32,000 nucleotides of DNA from Sinorhizobium meliloti (lineage in GTDB: Bacteria > Pseudomonadota > Alphaproteobacteria > Rhizobiales > Rhizobiaceae), in NCBI RefSeq assembly GCF_017876815.1, contig NZ_JAGIOS010000002.1, positions 1,616,043-1,648,042 on the forward strand, read 5' to 3'. This document shows positions 16,665-24,800 of this stretch, one piece after another (the first letter of the stretch is position 1; each line of letters opens with the position of its first letter). The notes below the pieces were generated by a model, which saw only the letters and a program-made list of their open reading frames with translations, was not told the origin of the DNA and did no database searches. The position numbers were made by a program, and so were the translations under genes.

Positions 16665-17828
16665 ATGCGGTTCACCCCTAGCATTTTCGCCCAGCTGCTG
16701 AAAGCGATTGATCGCCGCAGCTTTCAGGCGATTGTGGATCGTCATGCCGGGGATGCCTACGACAAGTGCTTTACCAGCTGGGATCATCTGGTGGCACTGA
16801 TCTATGCCCAGTTGAGCGCCACGACCAGCCTGCGCGGGTTGGAGGCGAGCTTCAACGCCAACAGTCAGCATCATTACCATCTCGGCAGTGGCCGGCTGAT
16901 GCGCTCGACGCTGTCGGACGCCAACCGCCGCCGCCCGGTCGCCGTCTTCGCCGAGACCTTCGCGCTTCTGGCCGGTCAGCTCGACCGGCAGACGCGCCGG
17001 GAGGGCACCAAGATGCTGCGGCTGATCGATTCGACCCCGATACCGCTGGGTAAGCTGTACGATTGGGCCAAGTCGAACGGCCGCATCCGCGGCATGAAGC
17101 TGCATGTCGTCTATGATCCCAAGGCCGATTGTCCAGGCATCCTCGACATCACCGACGCCAACGTCAACGACGCCCAGATCGGCCGCACGATCACCATCGA
17201 AAAGGGCGCAACCTATGTCTTCGACAAGGGCTACTGCCATTACGGCTGGTGGACGGCGATCGCCGAAGCCGGCGCCAGTTTCGTCACCCGGCCGAAGACC
17301 AACATGGGACTGGCTTTGGTCGCTGAACGCCCCGTTGAGCAACCTCAAGGCGATGGCTTCCTGGTCCTCGAAGACAGCCAGGTCAGCCTCGCCAGCAAGG
17401 GCGATTCCAAGCTGCCGATCGGCTTGCGCCGGGTAATCGTCAAGCGCCAGGACGGCGATACGATCACGCTTCTGACCAACGACCTCGAGCGCTCCGCCGT
17501 CGAGATCGGCCAGCTCTATAAGGATCGCTGGCAGATCGAGCTTCTGTTCCGCTGGATCAAACAGCACCTCAAGATCCGCAAGTTCCTCGGCAACAACGAC
17601 AACGCCATCCGCCTGCAGATCTTCGCCGCGATGATCGCCTATGCACTGTTGCGCATCGCCGCCCGCCTCGCCCGCGTCCCTCTACCGATCCTGCGCTTCA
17701 CCGACCTCGTCACCCAGTGCCTGTTCCAGCGCAAAAGCATCGCCGAAATCCACAAGCCGCCGCAGGTCAATCCAAGCCGACCAAAACCCCGGACCATCCC
17801 AAACCAAATGGTCTTCCGCTATGCATGA
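16665..17828 (+). CDS. IS4-family DDE transposase
   Basis: Start refined to ATG 16665, with AAAGGAGA 7 nt upstream. 387 aa. DDE candidates are in LRLIDSTPI and TYVFDKGYCHY. The IS4 signature Y-(2)-R-(3)-E-(6)-K is read directly as YKDRWQIELLFRWIK. Confidence 0.9.
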   Translation: MRFTPSIFAQLLKAIDRRSFQAIVDRHAGDAYDKCFTSWDHLVALIYAQLSATTSLRGLEASFNANSQHHYHLGSGRLMRSTLSDANRRRPVAVFAETFALLAGQLDRQTRREGTKMLRLIDSTPIPLGKLYDWAKSNGRIRGMKLHVVYDPKADCPGILDITDANVNDAQIGRTITIEKGATYVFDKGYCHYGWWTAIAEAGASFVTRPKTNMGLALVAERPVEQPQGDGFLVLEDSQVSLASKGDSKLPIGLRRVIVKRQDGDTITLLTNDLERSAVEIGQLYKDRWQIELLFRWIKQHLKIRKFLGNNDNAIRLQIFAAMIAYALLRIAARLARVPLPILRFTDLVTQCLFQRKSIAEIHKPPQVNPSRPKPRTIPNQMVFRYA

Positions 17829-17848
17829 ATTTTCCCCGGACAGCCCTG
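17827..17848. repeat. IS right terminal inverted repeat
   Basis: GAATTTTCCCCGGACAGCCCTG is the reverse complement of the left IR with one mismatch. Confidence 0.85.
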
Positions 17849-17857
17849 CGCCCGCGG
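17849..17857. repeat. Target-site duplication, right copy (CGCCCGCGG)
   Basis: Identical to 16541..16549. Confidence 0.8.
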
Positions 17858-17888
17858 GGAGAAGGTGCCGGCAGGCGGATGAGGGGCG
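17858..17888. repeat. REP/RIME-like palindrome, right half of the hairpin split by the IS
   Basis: GGAGAAGGTGCCGGCAGGCGGATGAGGGGCG. Removing the IS and one TSD copy restores CCTTCgCCCCGcccgCGGGGaGAAGG, which has the same architecture as hairpin 1. Confidence 0.7.
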
Positions 17889-17918
17889 TTCGCCCACGGC
17901 GGGGACCGCAACAGGCTA

Positions 17919-18425
17919 CTACCGCCCGTTGATCGCAATGCGCTTGGCTTTCGACTGGGCCTGCTCCGTCTTCGGCAGAGTAACGGTCAGGACGCCATTG
18001 CGGAAGGTCGCATTCACCTTGCTTTCGTCCACCTCGTATCCGAGCGCAATGCGTCGCTCGAAGCGCCCGTAATATCGCTCCGAGAACTGGTTTTCCTGGT
18101 CCTCGGTCTCTGCCCGTTTTTCGCCTCGCAGCGACAACACGCCGTCGGACAAGGACAGTTCGACGTCCTTTTCATCGAGACCCGGCAGTTCCGCGGTCAC
18201 CTTGATTTCCTTATCCCGGTCGGAGACCTCGACGCTCGGCCAGCCACCTGCAAAACCCGAAAAGCCGCTGATGGGCAGGCGGGTTTCGAAGCTGCGAAAA
18301 GCGTCGTCGAACAGGCGGTTCATTTCCCTGTGGAGCGCCAGGAAGGGATTTCGGTCGTTGTCACGATAGGAAGCCGGCACCTGGCCCTGCGCACGGCCCC
18401 ATGGGATGAGATCACGTACATTCAT
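17919..18425 (-). CDS. Hsp20/alpha-crystallin family small heat-shock protein (distal gene of the operon)
   Basis: Start refined to ATG 18425 (MNVRDLIPWGRAQGQ...). 168 aa. The alpha-crystallin domain includes WPSVEVSDRDKEIKVTAELPGLDEKDVELSLSDGVLSLRGEK...SERYYGRFERRIAL...ATFRNGVLTVTLPK. Confidence 0.87.
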   Translation of the reverse strand: MNVRDLIPWGRAQGQVPASYRDNDRNPFLALHREMNRLFDDAFRSFETRLPISGFSGFAGGWPSVEVSDRDKEIKVTAELPGLDEKDVELSLSDGVLSLRGEKRAETEDQENQFSERYYGRFERRIALGYEVDESKVNATFRNGVLTVTLPKTEQAQSKAKRIAINGR

Positions 18426-18548
18426 CGGTCCGTTCCTTTCTTTGCAGTGGAGCGGGAGGTGCGCAATTTCCGGCGCTTTCCCGCTCCAATCCGCCGAGAA
18501 CCGAGGCGTCGGCGGACGCCGGCGCTTCGGTGCGGTATGCATGTGCGG

Positions 18549-19028
18549 CTACGCTGCGTGCTTTTCGCCTTCGATCTGTTTCGAGGCTTCGCCGGCTGGC
18601 AATGCTTCTGCCTGATGTATCTCAATCCGACGCGGCTTCATCTGCTCGGGAAGCTCACGGACGAGGTCGATCTTGAGCAGGCCGTTGGCGAGGTTGGCGC
18701 CAGTGACCGTTACGAAGTCGGCGAGCTGGAAGCGACGCTCGAAATTGCGTGCGGCAATACCGCGGTAGAGATATTCGGTGTCGTCTTCTCCGGCTTTCGC
18801 ACCGGTGACGGTCAGCATCTGCTGCTCGTGCGTGATGGTGATCTCGTCCGGGGCGAAGCCCGCTACCGACATTGCGATCCGGTACTGGTTCTCGCCGACC
18901 CGCACGATGTCGTAGGGCGGCCAGTTGTCGTTGGGCGCCAGGCGACTTGCGGAATCCAAGAGGTCGAACAGATGTTCGAAGCCAACGCTGGAGCGCGACA
19001 GCGGCGAGAAATCGAAGCTTGTTCTCAT
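18549..19028 (-). CDS. IbpA-like (class A) small heat-shock protein (proximal gene)
   Basis: Start refined to ATG 19028, with a GGAGGA SD 7 nt upstream; ATG 19034 lies only 1 nt from the SD. Sequence: MRTSFDFSPLSRSSVGFEHLFDLLDSA...WPPYDIVRVGENQYRIAMSVAGFAPDEITITHEQQMLTVTG...YLYRGIAARNFERRFQLADFVTVTGANLANGLLKIDL. This is very IbpA-like. 159 aa. Confidence 0.88.
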   Translation of the reverse strand: MRTSFDFSPLSRSSVGFEHLFDLLDSASRLAPNDNWPPYDIVRVGENQYRIAMSVAGFAPDEITITHEQQMLTVTGAKAGEDDTEYLYRGIAARNFERRFQLADFVTVTGANLANGLLKIDLVRELPEQMKPRRIEIHQAEALPAGEASKQIEGEKHAA

Positions 19029-19117
19029 AGCCATATCCTCCTTGAGCAACATGGACGATGAGGAGCGCCGAAGAGAACGGAGCTCCTCGACTGCGAGCCC
19101 CTTACAGGCGGCTCTCG
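19029..19117 (-). promoter_or_regulatory. ROSE-like 5' leader (candidate RNA thermometer) of the sHSP operon
   Basis: The minus-strand leader contains three stems: TGCGAG..CTCGCA; GAGGAGCUCCG-uucucuu-CGGcGCUCCUC; and a final hairpin at 19031..19054. The final hairpin is CCAUGUU-G-CUC aag GAGGAUAUGG. It pairs the SD and the first AUG over 10 bp with a single bulged G. The 3' part, GUUGCUCAAGGAGGAUAUGGCUAUG, resembles the rhizobial ROSE 3' consensus as I recall it. Confidence 0.55.
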
Positions 19118-19123
19118 CACCCG

Positions 19124-19151
19124 ATTTAGTCATTCGAAGCCGGGTTTCAAG
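19124..19151 (-). promoter_or_regulatory. Candidate promoter of the sHSP operon (CTTGAA-N16-CTAAAT)
   Basis: The minus strand reads CTTGAA acccggcttcgaatga CTAAAT. This fits the alphaproteobacterial CTTGAC-N16/17-CTATAT type, and is also close to RpoH-type CTTGAA promoters. It would give a leader of about 90 nt. Confidence 0.35.
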
Positions 19152-19246
19152 GGCTCCCGAACATCGATTTTCGTTCCTTTGCCCGCCCCCCCGGCGACCG
19201 CGAAAACTGGCCGATCGAAAGAGGGCCTAAGCCACTGATCGGGGTT

Positions 19247-19274
19247 CTTGAATTTACCTTTTCCGCTCCAATAT
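19247..19274 (+). promoter_or_regulatory. Candidate promoter of the DUF982 gene (CTTGAA-N15-CCAATAT)
   Basis: CTTGAA tttaccttttccgct CCAATAT lies about 130 nt upstream of ATG 19404. It sits back-to-back with the sHSP promoter candidate. The pattern is sigma-32-like. Confidence 0.3.
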
Positions 19275-19403
19275 CTGTTCAGCGCGATACGTTTTCGAGA
19301 CGCGTAGAGATCAATATGGCACCCCGCAGCGCTGCATGGTTCGTTCGACCCGTGGGAGTGCAGCGGGCGTGCAATTCATTGACGTCATAGGAAAGGAGGA
19401 AAA

Positions 19404-19709
19404 ATGCTTCTCAATGAGATCCCCTGGACGATCCCTCTCACCGTGCGCCTTTCCAACGGTCTGACGCACACTTTTGCCTCCGTTTACGAGGCCCTCGACT
19501 TCCTGGAAAACGAGTGGCCGCTCAGGAAGGGCGAGCGCTACGAACGGGCGGTGCGGACCTGTCGGCGGGCGTTGAACCGGATGACGCCGGCGGCAGTGGC
19601 ACGGGAAGCCTTCATCGCCGCTTGCCTTGAGGCGGGCATGCCGCTCGTCATGGCGCCTCCGGCCCGCGAGCCGCAAGGCGATACCGTCAAGGCCGCGCAC
19701 ACGGCGTGA
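19404..19709 (+). CDS. DUF982 domain protein
   Basis: 101 aa with a strong SD (GGAAAGGAGGA) 4 nt upstream. The pattern W..P..V.......F.SV.EALDFL.NEWP...G..Y..A...C..AL......A..AR.AF..A..EAG is typical of rhizobial DUF982 proteins. Confidence 0.7.
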   Translation: MLLNEIPWTIPLTVRLSNGLTHTFASVYEALDFLENEWPLRKGERYERAVRTCRRALNRMTPAAVAREAFIAACLEAGMPLVMAPPAREPQGDTVKAAHTA

Positions 19710-19748
19710 AGGGGGGGACCGGCGGTCGGGTGGAGCGTCCATATCGTT

Positions 19749-21890
19749 TCACTGGACGAAGACGCGAACGCTGGCGGCACGCCCCAGCGCATCGATGACC
19801 GTGAGCGTCGAGTAGCCGCCGCCATCGGGCTGCCATTGACTGACGCGCCGTCGGGCCACGTCGGGCAGCGGACGGCCATTGGCAAGCCAGCGGAAGGGCG
19901 CCCGGCCGCCCTGGAGCTTCAGCGTCAAGGGCGTGATCACGCCGTCCCCTTGCGCGCCAAGCTCGACGCGGGCGCCTTCGGGCGGGAACACGATCTGCGG
20001 CGCCGCTTCACGGACCGAGGCCGAGAGCAGCCCGTTCGCGGTGACCGAGAAGCGTCGCTGGCTGATCGGCAGATCAGCCTGGACAAGCCGGACGGCGCCC
20101 GCGGGCGGGCCGGGCAGGGGTGTGATGGCGATCCCCGCCTTGGCGAATCCTTCGAACAGAATCGGCGCCGCCGCACCGTAACCGGTCAAGCCGGGCACCG
20201 CGCCATTGTCGGGCCTGCCCACCCAGACACCGAGCACATAGCGGCCGTCGAAGCCTACGGACCAGGCGTCGCGATAGCCGTAGCTGGTGCCGGTCTTGTA
20301 GGCGATGCCGTGCCGGCGGCTTCCCGCCGGTGGAAGCACGTCCGAGAGTATGTCGGCGACATGCCAGGCGGCGACCGTCGACAGCAGCGGCTCGCCGTCG
20401 GTGGGACCGGGGACGCCTTCGATGCCGTCGCCGAGGCGCACCGGCCACCCCTGGTTCGCAAGGCCCGCATAGAGCTGCACCAGCTCGCGAAGCGTGATGC
20501 CGACGCCGCCGAGGCCGATCGCAAGCCCCGGTGCCTCGTGCGACGGCAATTTCGGCCTGACGTCGGCGCGCCGGAAGCGCACCATCAGGCGCGACGGACC
20601 GACGGCATCGAGCAGGCGGATCGCCGGCACGTTCAGAGACAGTTGCAGCGCCTGGCGCACGGTGACGTCGCCCTGATAATTCATGTCGAAATTGCGCGGC
20701 CGATAGCCGAAAAAGTCCGCCGGCCGGTCTTCGATGATCGTCTCCTGGCTGACGAGACCCTCCTCGAAGGCAAGACCGTAGACGAAGGGTTTCAGCGTCG
20801 ATCCGGGGGAGCGGGTGATCCGCGACATGTCGATCCAGCCCGAGCGGCTTGCGTCGAAATAGTCGGCCGAGCCAACCTCGCCGACGATCTCGCCGGTCCT
20901 GATATCGGCCATGACCATGGCGACCGACACTTTGGGACCGAGCCTTGCAGCACCTTCACGTGCGACGCCTTCGAGGCTGCGTTGGATATTGCGGCTAAGC
21001 GTCGTCGGATGCCGGCGCCCCGCCGGATCCTTCCGTCGCGCCGTCTCGGCGAGATGGGCAGCATGGGCGGGAAGCTGCAGGCGCCGCGTCGGTATGGCGG
21101 TCATCGCCGCCCGCTCCGCTTCGCCCTCACCGATGACCCTGGCGACGGCGGCGCGGGCGAGCACGCGTTTGCGGGCCGCTTCGGCGGCGGCAAGATTGCG
21201 GTCGGGCCGGCGCTTTTCCGGCAGTTGTGGCAGCGCGACGAGCAGTGCTGCCTCTCCCGCCGAGAGGCGGCGCGGCTCCTTGCCGAACCAGGCGAGGCTT
21301 GCCGCGCGCACGCCCTCGAGATTGCCGCCATAGGGCGCATGGGTCAGATAGAGATCGAGAATCTCGTCCTTGCCGAGGCGCCGTTCGATCTGGATAGCGC
21401 GCGCCGCCTGCAGGAGCTTCGCCCCCAGCGTCCGCCGCTCGCGCGGCTCAATAAGCCTCGCCACCTGCATGGAAAGCGTCGATGCGCCGGAGACTATACG
21501 GCCGTTGGTGACGAATTGCAGCGCGGCACGAGCGAGCGCCAACGGGTCGACCCCGTGATGTTCGCGAAAGCGCTGGTCCTCATAGGCGATCAGCATCTCG
21601 ATGAAGCGCGGGTCGACGTCCTGCGCGGTCGTCTTCAGCCGCCACAGTCCATCCTTGGCCGCGAAGGCGCGCAGGAGGCGGCCGTCTCTGTCGAGAACTT
21701 CGGCCGAGACCGTATCGGCCTCGGAGAGGGGCGGCGGAAAGGTCCTGTCGGCCCATTCGAGGGTGAAGACTGCGAGTGCGGACAGGATCAGGGCGAGGGA
21801 TAACGCGACGATCGCCCGGCCGCGTCCGGATGGGAGGCGTGGGGCCGGCACAATGCCGTTGCGGTACGACTTTCGCCGAGAGAACATCAT
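19749..21890 (-). CDS. pbpC: Penicillin-binding protein 1C (bifunctional glycosyltransferase/transpeptidase)
   Basis: Start refined to ATG 21890 (MMFSRRKSYRNG..., followed by a TM anchor IVALSLALILSALAVF), 8 nt after the A2M stop. 713 aa. GT51 motifs: EDQRFREHHGVD and RIVSGASTLSMQ. Transpeptidase motifs: STLKP, SLN, KTGT. Confidence 0.88.
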   Translation of the reverse strand: MMFSRRKSYRNGIVPAPRLPSGRGRAIVALSLALILSALAVFTLEWADRTFPPPLSEADTVSAEVLDRDGRLLRAFAAKDGLWRLKTTAQDVDPRFIEMLIAYEDQRFREHHGVDPLALARAALQFVTNGRIVSGASTLSMQVARLIEPRERRTLGAKLLQAARAIQIERRLGKDEILDLYLTHAPYGGNLEGVRAASLAWFGKEPRRLSAGEAALLVALPQLPEKRRPDRNLAAAEAARKRVLARAAVARVIGEGEAERAAMTAIPTRRLQLPAHAAHLAETARRKDPAGRRHPTTLSRNIQRSLEGVAREGAARLGPKVSVAMVMADIRTGEIVGEVGSADYFDASRSGWIDMSRITRSPGSTLKPFVYGLAFEEGLVSQETIIEDRPADFFGYRPRNFDMNYQGDVTVRQALQLSLNVPAIRLLDAVGPSRLMVRFRRADVRPKLPSHEAPGLAIGLGGVGITLRELVQLYAGLANQGWPVRLGDGIEGVPGPTDGEPLLSTVAAWHVADILSDVLPPAGSRRHGIAYKTGTSYGYRDAWSVGFDGRYVLGVWVGRPDNGAVPGLTGYGAAAPILFEGFAKAGIAITPLPGPPAGAVRLVQADLPISQRRFSVTANGLLSASVREAAPQIVFPPEGARVELGAQGDGVITPLTLKLQGGRAPFRWLANGRPLPDVARRRVSQWQPDGGGYSTLTVIDALGRAASVRVFVQ

Positions 21891-21898
21891 CCTGCGTC

Positions 21899-24800
21899 CT
21901 ACTGGGCTGCCTGCACCTCCATGCGGCCCGTCGCCGTGCGCGCCGAGAATTGCGGCCGGTACATGTCCTCGACGTTCGCGGCCGGATGGTCGTAGGTGCC
22001 GGGCGTCACCGCGCGCACGACATAGGCGAGCGTGATCTCGCGGTTGTCGCCCGTCGAACGGTCGAAGGCGGCCACGAAGCGGTCGCTGCGGAATTCTGTA
22101 TGGGCGGCCTGGACTTCGCCGATCCATTCGAAATTCGAGAGCTGGGCGCTGTCGACGAGGCTTGGATTGTCGATCTCGAAACCGGCGGGCAAGAGATCGG
22201 TGATGAGCACCCGGGACGGCCAGTCGTTGGTCTCGGTCACCTTCAGCACCACGACATAGCGCTCGTTCTGCCGGGCCTCGCTGACATTAGCCGCCGTTCC
22301 GTCGAGCGTGTAATAGCTCCGCTCGATGGTGAAGCCTTCGCCGCCGGCCGAGAGCGACTGCGCCGGCGCCGCCACCGTCGTGACCACGGCGGAGACCGCG
22401 TCGGTGCCTTCGTTGCGGATAACGACCGGATGCTCGATCAGCGCGTCGCCGGTCATGCGGGCGGCGTAACTGCCCGTGCGCGCTGCGCCGTTGACCTCGA
22501 TCCTCATGTCCTCGTCGCCCCCCTGGATCGCGCGTGCGGCAAGGAGCATCCAGGATTGTTCCTGGGTGCTCGTGTATCTAGCCTGCTGCCACTCCCGGGC
22601 AACGACCCTGGATAGCTCGGGAATGATCGGCGGCACGGGCCGGCTCTCGGCTGCCAGCGCCAGCACGGCCGCGCCGTCGCGAAGCGAAGAGCCGTAGTCG
22701 GAGCGGGCGAGGCTGACATTGACGAGCCCGGTCGACATATTGGCCGCGGCCGCGAAGATATCCTGCGAGCGCCGGGCATCGCCATAGAGCGCGAGCGCCG
22801 CGGCGATATGGGCCTTGGCGAGCGGGGTCGGGAAATCGCCGAGCATCGCGTCCGCATAATAGCGCAGATCGCTGATAGCGGCCTTGCGGTTGCGCGCAAG
22901 GACATAAAGCGCATAGGCGATCTCGTTGCCGCGGTCCTTGACGTTGGTCTCGTAGCTCAGCGCGTTCTGCAGGTTTTCGAGTGCCTGCACCATCGATTGT
23001 TCCGGCACGTCGAATTTCTGTTCCCGCGCCCGGGTAAGGAAATCGGTGACGTATGCATCGAGCCAGAGATCGCCGGAGCCGGGGCTCCAAAGGCCGAAAC
23101 TGCCGGCGGAGGATTGATATGCAAGGACCCGATAGATCGCCTCCTGCACGCGCTTCTTCACACCTTCGTCGTCTCCAAGCCCGGCTTGCTTGGCAAGCTC
23201 GCTGAGATAGAGCAAGGGCAAGGCGCGGCTCGTCGTCTGCTCGGCGCAGCCGTAGGGATAGCGGTCGAGCGTCATCAGAAGCGCCGGGATGTCGAAGGCG
23301 GCCGAGCGCGTGATGTTGAGGCTGACAGAGGCGCCCTGCAGCAGGCTGTCGGCGAGCAATTGCTCGTCCACCGTAAGGCTGCTGCCCGCGGCGACATTGA
23401 CGACATGACGCTGTGTGACCGGAAGGGCAGCCGGGCGGACAGGAATGTTCAGCGTCTGCTCCAGCGACAGGCCCGCGGCATTCGAGAGCCTTACGGTGAC
23501 GAGACCGTCTCCCGAATACTGTCCGGCGAGCGGCAGAGTCAGAGCGGATTTGCCGCTGGCGTCGAGGTTCACCATTTCGGCCGCTGTCTGTTCGACGGTG
23601 ACCGGGCCGTTGGTCGTGACCTGCAGTTGATAATCGCCCGCCGGCCCGTCGGCGTTGGCGATATCGAGCCGCAATTCGGCCCGGTCTCCCGGCGCCAGGA
23701 ACTTCGGCAGGCTCGCAGTCACGACGACCGGATCGCGGATGACCACGTCCTTGACCGCGTGGCCGACGCCGGATTTCGTCCAGGCGACCGCCATAATCCG
23801 CGCCGTTCCGTTGAATTGCGGAATGTCGAAGCGCATGTTCGCCATGCCTTCGGCGTCGAGCTTGATGGCGCCCGAGAAGAAGGCGACGAGCTTTTCGGTC
23901 GGGGGGCTGCCCTGGAGCGGCATTTGTCCGCCGTCGCCGCCCGTGCGCAGCCGGCCGGTCGCGCCGAGCGAGCCGTCGATCAATCGTCCGTAGAGATCGC
24001 GCATCTCGAGGCCGAGCCGCCTCTGACCGAAATACCATCCGTCGGGGTCCGGAGCTTCGTAGCGCGTCAGGTTCAGGATGCCGACATCGACAGCGGCAAC
24101 CGTGACATAGGCATCTTCAGTGGTGCCGGCGCCCCGTACCTGAAGGCCGATATCGAGCGGCCGGCGCGGCTCGGTTTTCTCGGGCGCGTCCAAGCTGACG
24201 GCGAGCTTTCGGTCCGCCGGATCGACGGCGAGCCACTTGATACCGATCGCCCGCATGGGCATGCGGCTCTCCTGGGCTTCGCCCGGGCGGTAAAGCGTCG
24301 CGGTGACATAGGCGCCGGTACCCCAGTCGGCCGTCACCGGCAGTTCCACCTCGCCACCGGTTTCGGCAATGGCCGCGGTCTTCGTCGTCACCAGGGTTTC
24401 CGTGCCGACAGTCACCAGCAGTTCGCCGGCAAAGCGCGGCGAGACCTTGAGCTTCGCCGTCTCCCCGACCGCGTAGTTCTCCTTGTCGAGAGCGATCTCT
24501 AGCCCGTCCGGGGTCTCCGTGGAGGTGGCCTCGACATACCAGCCCGCATCGAACTCAACGCTCGAAGCCGGCCCGTCAAGGGCCGCCGCCTCGATCTCCA
24601 GCCGATAACGGCCCCAGCCGACCGGGACCGAAATTTCGGCGCCGTCCTCCGTCACGTCGGCCGAGCCGCTCGCGACCTGTTTGGTGGAGATGACCGGCTC
24701 GTATTTCCAGGCGGTGCCGTCGCGATACCACTGGTAATTCCGTTCGACGCTGATCAGCTTCCAGGGGAGACCCGGCATCGCGGTCCTGGTGCCGTCCGCG

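Larger units (their letters stand above)
16550..17848 (+). mobile_element. IS4-family insertion sequence, 1299 bp, apparently intact
   Basis: 22-bp terminal inverted repeats match at 21 of 22 positions. They are flanked by a 9-bp direct repeat (16541..16549 and 17849..17857). There is a single transposase ORF whose stop lies inside the right IR. Confidence 0.88.
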
